Part shown: positions 46,805 to 55,560 of the stretch, piece after piece
Layout: each line of letters opens with the position of its first letter
Position numbering within the stretch: the first letter of the stretch is position 1
Source of the DNA: Candidatus Saccharimonadota bacterium
GTDB taxonomy: Bacteria; Patescibacteriota; Saccharimonadia; Saccharimonadales; UBA4665
Assembly: GCA_027346135.1 (NCBI GenBank)
Contig: DAIESS010000002.1
Location: 1 to 61,166, forward strand
Reading direction: 5' to 3'
Length of the DNA: 61,166 bases
Program-made: the position numbers and the translations under genes
The notes under the pieces: model-generated
Database searches by the model: none
What the model was told of the DNA's origin: nothing
Seen by the model: the letters and a program-made list of their open reading frames with translations, nothing else

Positions 46805-47670
46805 GAACGTCACCGCTTTTAGCTATTGTTGGCGAGACGGCCAGCGGCAAGTCGTCTATGGCTATGGCATTAGCCAAACGTTTCAACGGCGAGTTAATTT
46901 GCGCCGATTCGTGGACTGTCTATAAAGGTTTCGATATCGGAACTGCCAAACCGAGCTCCGAAGACCAACGCCGTGTCCGCCACCACTTGCTGGACGTAGC
47001 TGAGCCCGAGCAAGGTTTTAGTGCGGTTCTATTTCAGAAATTAGCTCGAGAAGTCATCGCCGACATTGAGGCTCGCAATAAATTGCCCATACTTGTTGGC
47101 GGTACCGGTTTATATATAGACAGTGTCATCTTTTCATATGAGTTTTTACCACCGCCAAGTCCGCAATTACGGGCCGAACTCAATGCCTTATCGCTGGACG
47201 AAGTTGTCGAGCGGGCTAATCGGCTCGGGCTTGATCTTACAAGCATCGATGCACGCAATAAGCGCCGGGTGATTCGGCTGATCGAAAATAATGGTCAACT
47301 TCCCGGCAAAGGACCACTGCGCGAAAACACCCTCATCCTGGCAATAGATACTGACCGGGAAAATTTAAAGGAGCGTATAGCAGCTCGGGTTGACGCTATG
47401 CTAGCAGCCGGCTTGGAGGATGAGGTTCGCCAACTATCCGAAAAATATGGCTGGAACGTTGAGCCGATGAAGGGTATTAGCTATAGCGAATGGCAACCAT
47501 ACTTTGCAGGTGTTCACGATTTGGAGCAGACCAAACAGCGTATTATTAAGGACACGCTTGATCTGGCTAAGCGTCAGCGTACATGGTTCAAACGCAATAA
47601 AGCCATTAACTACCTCTGTAATACAGATGAAGCCGTAGAGTTAACGACAACATTTCTGAACAAATCCTGA
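46801..47670 (+). CDS. miaA: tRNA dimethylallyltransferase
   Basis: GETASGKS, ADSW.VYKGFDIGTAKP, VGGTGLY, LAKRQRTWF. Confidence 0.95.
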   Translation: MRTSPLLAIVGETASGKSSMAMALAKRFNGELICADSWTVYKGFDIGTAKPSSEDQRRVRHHLLDVAEPEQGFSAVLFQKLAREVIADIEARNKLPILVGGTGLYIDSVIFSYEFLPPPSPQLRAELNALSLDEVVERANRLGLDLTSIDARNKRRVIRLIENNGQLPGKGPLRENTLILAIDTDRENLKERIAARVDAMLAAGLEDEVRQLSEKYGWNVEPMKGISYSEWQPYFAGVHDLEQTKQRIIKDTLDLAKRQRTWFKRNKAINYLCNTDEAVELTTTFLNKS

Positions 47671-47704
47671 TGGCGTTACTCGTATAATTTGTTACACTAG
47701 TTAT

Positions 47705-48298
47705 ATGATTGAACAATTGTTTGGGTCAAAGACACGTGTAAAATTACTGCAGCTTTTTTACAGTAACCCGAACCGGTCATTTTACGTTCGCGAGATTACT
47801 CGTAAGATTGACGAACAAATAAACTCGGTTCGTCGCGAGCTATCCAACCTATTAAATATTGGCATTATTGTGTCGGACAATAACAATAATAAACTCTACT
47901 ATGAGGTTAATCAGTCATATGATTTTTACGAGCCTTTGGCAGCAATTTTTGGTGGCGAAAACAAGCAACAAGTTGCTGCTCAGCCCATTGCCGACGCAGA
48001 TCACAAGGACGAACTGCGGGCACTTGGCCGTGTAGACCTGGCGCTTTATACGGGGCAATTTACCCGTGATGAAAGTGCCGGCATAGATGCCTTGTTTGTG
48101 GGCGACATCAATGCCCATGCTTTGCAGAAATATATTACCGACCTCGAGGCCAAAGAGGGCAAGGAGATCCGTTATACACTTATGAGCATGGATGATTTCA
48201 AATATCGCCAGCAGGTTAAAGATCGCTTTATAAATAATGTGATTGATGCCAAAAAGCAGATCCTGGTAGATACCCAGGGTTTATTGTCAGAAAAGTAA
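47705..48298 (+). CDS. winged-HTH transcriptional regulator with degenerate nucleotidyltransferase-like C-domain
   Basis: LFGSKTRVKLL...YVREITR....INSVRREL HTH; G.F.......ID.LFVGD. Confidence 0.7.
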   Translation: MIEQLFGSKTRVKLLQLFYSNPNRSFYVREITRKIDEQINSVRRELSNLLNIGIIVSDNNNNKLYYEVNQSYDFYEPLAAIFGGENKQQVAAQPIADADHKDELRALGRVDLALYTGQFTRDESAGIDALFVGDINAHALQKYITDLEAKEGKEIRYTLMSMDDFKYRQQVKDRFINNVIDAKKQILVDTQGLLSEK

Positions 48299-48322
48299 TG
48301 GGCGGGAAGTAGGAGAAGATAG

Positions 48323-48949
48323 ATGGAATTACAGTATTATGGTGCCAACTGCGTACTTTTAACAGCCAAGGACATTCGTATTGTTGTTGATGATACTTTG
48401 GCTATGACTAGCGCTAAAAGCATAACAAAGCCTGGTGATGTCGCATTGTTTACTGGGATTGTGCCAGAAATTGCAGTCGACACGAAGATAACTATCGCTC
48501 AGCCCGGTGAGTATGAGATCGCAAACGTTTCGATTGTGGGTATTCCCGCTAGGGCACATATGGACGAGCCTGGCCAGCACAGCGCAACCATGTATAAAGT
48601 GATTGTCGGCGACGTATCCTTCTTGTTTACGGGTCATGTTTATCCCGAATTGAGTGACGATCAGCTTGAAGACATCAACGCCATCGACGTTATGGTAGTG
48701 CCAGTAGGTGGTAACGGCTTCACGCTGGACTCGATTGGCGCCCTAAAGCTCGTGAAGGCTATTGAGCCGAAGATTGTTGTGCCAACCCATTACGACGAGA
48801 AGGGCTTGAAATTTGAGGTGCCTCAACAAACTCTCGACCAGGCGATTCATGGATTGGGCATGGAGCCGAAAGAAAAAGTCGCCAAGCTAAAGGTGAAGAG
48901 CCTAGAGCTACCTGAAGTTACCAGTTTAATTGTGCTTGAACGCTCTTAA
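48323..48949 (+). CDS. MBL-fold hydrolase-like protein
   Basis: YYGANC, PGEYEI, IDVMVVPVGG, IEPKIVVPTHY. Confidence 0.8.
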   Translation: MELQYYGANCVLLTAKDIRIVVDDTLAMTSAKSITKPGDVALFTGIVPEIAVDTKITIAQPGEYEIANVSIVGIPARAHMDEPGQHSATMYKVIVGDVSFLFTGHVYPELSDDQLEDINAIDVMVVPVGGNGFTLDSIGALKLVKAIEPKIVVPTHYDEKGLKFEVPQQTLDQAIHGLGMEPKEKVAKLKVKSLELPEVTSLIVLERS

Positions 48950-48975
48950 TTAGTCTCGCTCAAGGCTGTAAATAA

Positions 48976-49008
48976 TAAAATACCCCTCGATTATGAGGGG
49001 TATTTTTA
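48976..49008. terminator. bidirectional intrinsic terminator
   Basis: AAAATACCCCTC-gattat-GAGGGGTATTTT between convergent genes. Confidence 0.85.
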
Positions 49009-49031
49009 TGGACGTTTGAAGTCCTTGAGGG

Positions 49032-49232
49032 CTACTTGGCGGTAGTGATCAGACCTTTTTTCTTCAGAGTGCGAAGAGCCTGGGTACTGACCTTAAGCGT
49101 AACTTTCTTGCCGTCAACAACCAAGGTCTTGGTCTGCAGGTTTGGCTTCCAGACTTTCTTGGTGTGGCGCTGTGAAAAGCTGACATTGCTGCCGTATTGC
49201 TTGCCTTTGCCGGTGAGGTCACATTTTTGCAT
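49032..49232 (-). CDS. rpmB: 50S ribosomal protein L28
   Basis: CDLTGKG.QYG.NVSFSQRHTKKVWKPNLQ. Confidence 0.95.
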   Translation of the reverse strand: MQKCDLTGKGKQYGSNVSFSQRHTKKVWKPNLQTKTLVVDGKKVTLKVSTQALRTLKKKGLITTAK

Positions 49233-49321
49233 AAAACTTCCTTAAACTTCAGCTTTATACTCTACAGTAACAGAGTAAAAAAGTCAATCACGGCCAGGAT
49301 GGTATACTTAAGGTAATAGTT

Positions 49322-49939
49322 ATGGATATATCGTTTGATTTTGGGACGCTTCTCGCGGTGCTAGTATGCTTGGTAGTAAGCATAACGCTGCACGAGATGA
49401 TGCACGCCTACGCAGGCCTTAAATTAGGCGACACGACCGCTCATGAAGAGGGGCGGGTTAGCCTGAACCCTTTGCGCCACATCGACCCGTTTGCAACGGT
49501 TGTGCTGCCAATCATTACTCTTGTCTTGTTTCATGCACCAATCTTAGCGGCCAAGCCGGTGCCATTTAACCCAGATCGCGTTAAATTTGATGAATTCGGT
49601 GCTGCCATAATTGCTGCCGCCGGCCCGTTTACTAACTTGGCCCTGGCAGTAGTTGGGGGTGTAATTGCTCACTTGTTAGGCGGCAACGCAGCTGTTTATA
49701 ACATCCTAACTATTTTTGTGAGTTTGAATGTCGGTCTGTTCGTCTTTAACATGGTGCCAATACCGCCACTTGATGGGTCGCGTATTTTGTATGCCTTTGC
49801 GCCGGACTTTTTGCGTGGCATTATGGCTCAGATAGAAACATACGGTATTTTCATCGTATTTGGCCTGGTATTGATGGTGCCTGCCTTCAGTGAATTGCTA
49901 ATAAATCTCAATCGATCAATCTCGCTCTTCCTTCTTTAA
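49322..49939 (+). CDS. site-2 protease (M50 family)
   Basis: HEMMH, NPLRHID, AAGP.TN, FNMVPIPPLDGSR. Confidence 0.92.
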   Translation: MDISFDFGTLLAVLVCLVVSITLHEMMHAYAGLKLGDTTAHEEGRVSLNPLRHIDPFATVVLPIITLVLFHAPILAAKPVPFNPDRVKFDEFGAAIIAAAGPFTNLALAVVGGVIAHLLGGNAAVYNILTIFVSLNVGLFVFNMVPIPPLDGSRILYAFAPDFLRGIMAQIETYGIFIVFGLVLMVPAFSELLINLNRSISLFLL

Positions 49940-50140
49940 GTTATAATAGAAGTACGGTCCTAGCGGGCCAAACCGAATTAATGATAATCTGATACATATC
50001 ATTAGGGAGCTCAAGATTTTGGAAGGCCGTGGCCAACCAGTGCGAGCACCCACCTGGCATAAAAACCAGGTTGTCATCTCGGCGAAAGTTCGCAGGGCCA
50101 AATAAAAAAGCTCAGGCTTAAAAACTTGAGCTTTTTTATT

Positions 50141-50216
50141 TGGTCGGGGTGACAGGACTTGAACCTGCGACCTCACGGCCCCCAGCCGTACGCGCTACCA
50201 ACTGCGCTACACCCCG
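50141..50216 (-). tRNA. tRNA-Pro(GGG)
   Basis: CGGGGTG/CACCCCG stem, TACGG-CTGGGGG-CCGTG anticodon arm, CCA end; terminator at 50101-50140. Confidence 0.95.
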
Positions 50217-50313
50217 TTGTTGGAACCTTCGGTCTTTTGACGTTTGGACTTTGGCTGGGGGTATTATAGCATCTGTGGATAAGAGGGCGGTAGGGTGTGC
50301 GATAATAGAACTA

Positions 50314-51132
50314 ATGAAAACAATAAAACTCGACCACCAGTTAGCTGAAGATGTAAAAAACGGTAAAAAGCGCTCTACTTGGCGACTTTTCGATGATAAA
50401 GATCTGTCGGTGGACGATCGGGTGATGCTAATCGATAAAGTTAACCCGCGTGATCATGATACTTGGGTGGTATTTGGCGAAGCTGTAATTACTCGGGTTA
50501 CGGAAAAACACTTAGGTGACATTAGCAACGAGGATTATGAGGGACATGCCCAATACGATTCGCCTGATGAAATGCTACGTGCTTATCGCGGTTATTATGG
50601 CGATTCGGTCAGTTTCAAAACGCCTGTCAAAGTAATCCGGTTTGATTTCTTCCCGTATGAACATATGGCTCCAGTGGCAGGCGACTCGGTTAAGCACGAA
50701 GAGGAAAAACCAACTGAAATAAAACTGTATGCTGACGGCGGTTCGCGAGGTAATCCCGGCCCGTCGGCTAGCGGCTTTGTATTGTACGACATGCATGACA
50801 GGCCATTGGTAGATAAAGGAGTCTATCTAGGAATTACCACCAACAATCAGGCAGAATACACCGCACTAAAATTAGGCCTTGAAGAAGCGCGGCTAATGGG
50901 CGCTCGTCGTGTTCATGTTCATATGGACAGCTTGTTGGTCGTGAATCAGATGAAGGGCATATTTAAAATCAAAAACCGAGATTTATGGCCCATTCATGGT
51001 GCTATTAAAGATTTGCTATCCGGTTTTGAGCATGTTGACTTTACGCATGTTCCGCGCGAACTCAATAAGGCGGCCGATGCTGCCGTTAATCGCAGTATGG
51101 ACGAAGCGCTTAAGCATCAAAATATCGCTTAA
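50314..51132 (+). CDS. rnhA: ASCH/PUA-like domain fused to ribonuclease HI
   Basis: N-terminal V.NGKK.STWR..D..L.V.D (ASCH-like); C-terminal YADGGSRGNPGP, TNNQAEY, MDSLLVV.Q, HVPRELN..AD. Start ATG 50314. Confidence 0.85.
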   Translation: MKTIKLDHQLAEDVKNGKKRSTWRLFDDKDLSVDDRVMLIDKVNPRDHDTWVVFGEAVITRVTEKHLGDISNEDYEGHAQYDSPDEMLRAYRGYYGDSVSFKTPVKVIRFDFFPYEHMAPVAGDSVKHEEEKPTEIKLYADGGSRGNPGPSASGFVLYDMHDRPLVDKGVYLGITTNNQAEYTALKLGLEEARLMGARRVHVHMDSLLVVNQMKGIFKIKNRDLWPIHGAIKDLLSGFEHVDFTHVPRELNKAADAAVNRSMDEALKHQNIA

Positions 51133-51149
51133 AATGGTATAATACAACG

Positions 51150-51514
51150 GTTAGATGATTAGCTAATCGCTTGTTCTTTTGAATAAGAGGAAAGTCCGGG
51201 CAGCACAGGGAAGGACAGTCGCTAACGGCGACCGGGGGTGACCCTAGGGAAAGTGCCACAGAAACGAAACTACCTTTAGCTTGAAAGAGTTAAGGGAAAA
51301 GGTGAAACGAGCGAGGTAAGAGCTCGCAACGACTGGCGGTGACGCCAGTAGTAGGTAAACCCTGTCCGCTGCAAGGAGTAGGCTATAAAAGTTCCCGCTA
51401 TGCCTGCGTTTAACCCCGCTCGAGCTTGTCGGTAACGGCAAGCCTAGATAGATGATTGGCCATGTTAGCTTTTATCGGCGATCAGGACAGAACCCGGCTT
51501 ATCGATCATCTGAC
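51150..51514 (+). ncRNA. rnpB: RNase P RNA
   Basis: GAGGAAAGTCCGGGC, GGAAAGTGCCACAGAAAC, ACAGAACCCGGCTTA; P1 helix GTTAGATGAT/ATCATCTGAC; TATAAT promoter. Confidence 0.97.
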
Positions 51515-51521
51515 AGATATG

Positions 51522-51553
51522 AAAATACCTCGCTTTTAAGGCGAGGTATTTTT
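51522..51553. terminator. bidirectional terminator between rnpB and rplT
   Basis: AAAATACCTCGC-N7-GCGAGGTATTTT. Confidence 0.85.
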
Positions 51554-51574
51554 GTTGTGATAAGGATTGCTCAG

Positions 51575-51919
51575 CTATTTGGTAGCAGCCTTAACGACTG
51601 CTTCGAAGGCCTTAGGCTCGTTAACGGCTAGCTCAGCTAGAACCTTGCGGTCCAGCTCGATCTTAGCGCCTTTTAGGGCGGCGATAAGCTTGCTGTAGGT
51701 GGTGCCGTTTAGGCGGGCAGCGGCGTTAATGCGTGCGTTCCACAGTTCGCGGAAAGTGCGCTTTTTGTTGCGACGGTCGCGGTAGGCGAACTGCAATGAT
51801 TTAGTAACGGCCTGTCGACCGCGCTTGATGCTGGCACGGTTAGGATGGGTCATGCCTTTAGTGGCGCGACGGATCTTCTGGTGCTTGTGGTGGCTGGCAA
51901 CGCCTCGTTTTACGCGCAT
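51575..51919 (-). CDS. rplT: 50S ribosomal protein L20
   Basis: [40 protein letters not shown]. Confidence 0.97.
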   Translation of the reverse strand: MRVKRGVASHHKHQKIRRATKGMTHPNRASIKRGRQAVTKSLQFAYRDRRNKKRTFRELWNARINAAARLNGTTYSKLIAALKGAKIELDRKVLAELAVNEPKAFEAVVKAATK

Positions 51920-51923
51920 GAGA

Positions 51924-52118
51924 TTAAGCTCCTAGCTTTCGTTTCAATATCTTACTGTTGGCGCCAGTGGCGGTAGCTAAACCGCTCAATGAACGCTTGC
52001 GTGAACCGCTCTTTTTCTGCAAAAAGTGGTTCATGTTTGGGTGACCGATACGGACTTTTCCGTTCTTGGTCAGCCGGACGCGGTCTTTTGTACCGCTATG
52101 CGTCTTTAGCTTTGGCAT
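51924..52118 (-). CDS. rpmI: 50S ribosomal protein L35
   Basis: [10 protein letters not shown]...T.NGK; lies between infC and rplT. Confidence 0.93.
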   Translation of the reverse strand: MPKLKTHSGTKDRVRLTKNGKVRIGHPNMNHFLQKKSGSRKRSLSGLATATGANSKILKRKLGA

Positions 52119-52626
52119 TCTGTTTGCTCCTTATCACAAAATTTAACTGTTTGCCCGCAAATTGCGGTGCTTGGTCGACTACTATTGTATCACCGAAATC
52201 GGCGATGACTTTGTCGGCAAGTTTAAACCCAATATCCCGGTGGGCGAGTTCACGACCTCGGTAAAAAATGGTGATCTTTACCTTGTGACCAGATGCCAAG
52301 AAGTTCGTTACCTTGCTCATTTTTACGCCCAAATCGTGCGGACTAATCTTGAGCCCGAACCGCATTTGTTTCATCTCGAGAGCTTTGGCAGTGCGCTTAT
52401 TCTTCTGCTGCTGTTTCGTCTTTTGGTAGTTGAATTTACCCCAATCGACAATTTTGGCGACAGGTGGCTTGGCATCGGGTGATATCTCTACAAGGTCAAG
52501 ACCTTGTTCGTCAGCAAGCTGAAGAGCTTCACTTTTGCTTAAGATGCCGAGTTGTTTGCCGTCTGCGTCTATAACTCGCAGCTGGGGAGCCTGAATTGCA
52601 TGATTCAGGCGGGTTGTCTTACTAAT
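52096..52626 (-). CDS. infC: translation initiation factor IF-3 (ATT start)
   Basis: RVID.DG.QLG, LDLVEISP.A.PPVAKI.D.GK, GHKVK.TI..RGRE; AAGGAG RBS 8 nt before an in-frame ATT at 52626. Confidence 0.93.
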   Translation of the reverse strand: MSKTTRLNHAIQAPQLRVIDADGKQLGILSKSEALQLADEQGLDLVEISPDAKPPVAKIVDWGKFNYQKTKQQQKNKRTAKALEMKQMRFGLKISPHDLGVKMSKVTNFLASGHKVKITIFYRGRELAHRDIGFKLADKVIADFGDTIVVDQAPQFAGKQLNFVIRSKQNAKAKDA

Positions 52627-52706
52627 AGAGTAGTCTCCTTTAAGCACATTGATGTTATAGGTGTTAGCATTGTAACAGATATAGTAACAGAGGTCAACTC
52701 GCTTGT

Positions 52707-54230
52707 TTAATTTAGGGTCGGTTGTCGGTACTGGAGCGCCTCGGTAAGGTGCTCTGGCAAAATAGCTTCGCTTCCGGCAAGGTCGGCAATGGTTCGGGCG
52801 ACTTTGATGGTTCGCATGTAGCTGCGAGCCGAGATGTTGAGCTTCTCGGCGGCAGTATCAAGCAGGATTTTGGCTGCCGGATCTAAATTCGAAAATTGTT
52901 TAATTTGGCGGTTTGTCATGCTGCTATTTAAATGAGTACTTGTGCCAAAGCGTTTGGTTTGACGATCGCGCGCCCTGGCGACTCGATTTTTGGTGTGTTT
53001 GTCTTCATCTTCACTGGCGACATGAGTTATGAGCTTAGTATGTTCGACGTCGCTTACATTAGAAAAGATATCGATTCGGTCCATGATCGGTCCGGAAAGC
53101 TTTTGTTGGTAGTGTTGTATCTGATGAGGCAGGCAAGTACATGGTTTAGAGGTTCCGTAATAACCGCAGGGGCAGGGGTTAGCGGTTGCAATTAGTATGA
53201 AGTTGGCCGGATATTCGACAGTATCTTTGGCTCGTGCGACTGTAATTGTGCGGTCCTCAAGCGGTTGGCGAAGAGCTTCTAAGGTTGTGCGGCTGAATTC
53301 TGGCAACTCATCAAAGAATAAAACCCCGCGGTGGCTTAGACTGATCTCGCCTGGGCGCAAATGATGACCGCCGCCAATAACAGATACTGGACTAGCACTG
53401 TGATGGGGCGATCGAAATGGTCGTAAGGTAACGACCGTATCGTAAGCGTGAGTGACTAAACTATGCATATGAGTGACTTCCAGCATTTCCTCGTGGGTCA
53501 AATCCGGCATGATTGAGGGCAAGGCGCGTGCCAGCATACTTTTGCCAGTGCCCGGTGGCCCATTAAAAAGAACGTTATGACCACCTGCGGCGGCAATCTC
53601 CAGCGCTCGTTTGGCGTGTTGTTGTCCTACGATTTCGCTTAAAGATGAAGCGGGCTCGCTCGATCGGTTAATAGTAGGTGCGTGCTTGCCTTCGTTAGTC
53701 TCGATAATTTGTAAGCGGTCGGTATTCGTCAGGTGGTCATATAATGAGCGCAAGCTTTTAACGGGCAATAATTTAATGCCTGGTACCAGCAAGGACTGCT
53801 CAAGATTGCCGATGGGGATATAAAAGTGAGTCACGCCATGGCTGCGACCAGCCAATAGCTTACCGATGATACCGCGAACTGGTCGAACTGAGCCATCTAA
53901 GCCCAACTCACCAATAAATGTCGTGGTTTTGCCTGGTGCGGGCATGCTACTATTACTGGCTTGTATGATGGCCGCCGCCATACCCAGATCGAAACCGCTG
54001 TCGTCCTTGGGGATGTCGGCTGGGGCTAAGTTTATGGTAATTCGTTTGCGCGGCAATTGTAGTTGGCTGCTAGCAAAGGCGCCGCGGAGACGTTCTTTTG
54101 ACTCGTCGACGGCTTTTGTGGCGCTGCCGACAATCACAATTGCGGGAAGGCTGTTAGACAAATGGCATTCAATGTCGACAATGAGTCCGCTCGCTCCCGC
54201 ACTAATTAGGCTCTGGACCGTCCCGTGCAT
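52707..54230 (-). CDS. comM: ComM/YifB Mg-chelatase-like AAA+ ATPase
   Basis: RITINLAPAD, IGELGLDG, GPPGTGKSMLA, PGEISLSHRGVLFFDE, NPCPCGY, ARTIADL. Confidence 0.92.
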   Translation of the reverse strand: MHGTVQSLISAGASGLIVDIECHLSNSLPAIVIVGSATKAVDESKERLRGAFASSQLQLPRKRITINLAPADIPKDDSGFDLGMAAAIIQASNSSMPAPGKTTTFIGELGLDGSVRPVRGIIGKLLAGRSHGVTHFYIPIGNLEQSLLVPGIKLLPVKSLRSLYDHLTNTDRLQIIETNEGKHAPTINRSSEPASSLSEIVGQQHAKRALEIAAAGGHNVLFNGPPGTGKSMLARALPSIMPDLTHEEMLEVTHMHSLVTHAYDTVVTLRPFRSPHHSASPVSVIGGGHHLRPGEISLSHRGVLFFDELPEFSRTTLEALRQPLEDRTITVARAKDTVEYPANFILIATANPCPCGYYGTSKPCTCLPHQIQHYQQKLSGPIMDRIDIFSNVSDVEHTKLITHVASEDEDKHTKNRVARARDRQTKRFGTSTHLNSSMTNRQIKQFSNLDPAAKILLDTAAEKLNISARSYMRTIKVARTIADLAGSEAILPEHLTEALQYRQPTLN

Positions 54231-54512
54231 ATCGCCATTGTAACCCTAAAACTTAAAAATAAAATACCCCGGAACAAAACCGAGGCTTTAGGTCTCTTCA
54301 CGAAACAACGGCTTGCGAGAAGCCGTTGTTTACATAGTCATTTTTGTTTTTGAGCACTTTTTTTATTCAAGTGCTACGCCTATCTTATAAATTACAAAAA
54401 CCTATGTCAATATGATTTATGGAAATCTTTTATTAAAGCTGTGCATAACTTAAGCGGCTTGGCAAAGCATAAAGGGATTGACATATTGACCGTTTTGCGC
54501 TAACATATTTTC

Positions 54513-54724
54513 AGTAAGTCAAAAACAAAAACAATACTTACAAAAACGGGAAACCGTATATCGCTCTAACCACCCTAAAAGTGGAAAGAGCGGTCAGTCA
54601 AGTCAGTGCCGGTAAGCGCTACAATAGTTTTTACATTACGAGCGGATTTACCGGCCTGGCACCAAATTTGCAGAATTATTAAAACTGAATCATCATCAGC
54701 CGTAGGGCCGGTGATGATTTTTTG
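54513..54724 (+). ncRNA. candidate novel structured small RNA (or long leader of the 54741 gene)
   Basis: TTGACA(54478)-17-TAACAT(54501); four hairpins and a terminator AATCATCA../..TGATGATT followed by T-tract; no ORF. Confidence 0.45.
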
Positions 54725-54740
54725 TTAATATGGGTCTAGC

Positions 54741-55106
54741 ATGAGCATCAAATCAAATATTATTAAATATCGTCGATATTTCGCGCTGATTGTTGTCGAT
54801 GCGCTATTTTTCGGGCTTTTCTCGCCTGATGCCGATTCTTTTATAGTCATACCGGCCTTTTTATTGGTGATAGTGACTATATATATGACCATAGATCTAG
54901 TTTTAAGGGGTTGGATGCGTCTACTACCCCTTAAAAAGACGGTAAGGCAGTGGATTACCTTTATATTTACAGGTGGTCTGTCATTAATAATAGCCTTGCA
55001 GTCTATTGGGCAACTTACGACGCGTGATGTAATCACAATTGTGCCTTTAATTGCGCTATTGTATTTTTACTTGGCGTACAATCGTGGCGTGGCGTCTGGT
55101 CGCTAG
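54741..55106 (+). CDS. membrane protein (4 TM)
   Basis: Hydrophobic; ALQSIGQLT.RD motif. Confidence 0.65.
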   Translation: MSIKSNIIKYRRYFALIVVDALFFGLFSPDADSFIVIPAFLLVIVTIYMTIDLVLRGWMRLLPLKKTVRQWITFIFTGGLSLIIALQSIGQLTTRDVITIVPLIALLYFYLAYNRGVASGR

Positions 55107-55140
55107 TCTTTAGTGTGGCTAAAGTTGTATAATTATCACA

Positions 55141-55560
55141 ATGGAACCGACAGGTAGTAAAGAAAATAATAATTCGAATGGCATGGCGAATGATGTGCCG
55201 GGGCAGTTTTTGGGTGCGCCGGCACAAGGCTTTGGGCAGGCTTCGGCACAGCCTGGTTCGCCGGTTAGCTCGCCCGTTCCGACTATACCGAGCCCGTCAT
55301 TTTCGCCAGCATCTAATGGTGGCAACGGCTATCCTGCGATGGCCGGGTCTACTCCAAGTGTAGATCCAAACACAACAAATATTCAGGCATCTGACGAAAG
55401 CGTAATAACAGATAAAATGTGGTCTGAAAAAGTCAAAATTGTTGTAAATGAAACAAAAGGAAACCCCTTCATTAGGAGTCAGAAAATAGCGGCTTTAAAG
55501 TCTGAATATATAACCAAAACCTATGGCAAACGACTCGGCCAAAACGAGCAAAAATCATGA
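55141..55560 (+). CDS. hypothetical protein with P/S/G-rich N-terminus
   Basis: TATAAT 7 nt before ATG; C-terminal W..K.K..V..TK.NP......I..LK.EY....YG domain; overlaps the next start. Confidence 0.65.
   Translation: MEPTGSKENNNSNGMANDVPGQFLGAPAQGFGQASAQPGSPVSSPVPTIPSPSFSPASNGGNGYPAMAGSTPSVDPNTTNIQASDESVITDKMWSEKVKIVVNETKGNPFIRSQKIAALKSEYITKTYGKRLGQNEQKS

Noticed and set aside
50140..50313. N-terminal extension of the RNase H ORF and ORF 49916-50176(-)
   Set aside because: Both overlap tRNA-Pro and its terminator; the likely start is ATG 50314 after a -10 box.
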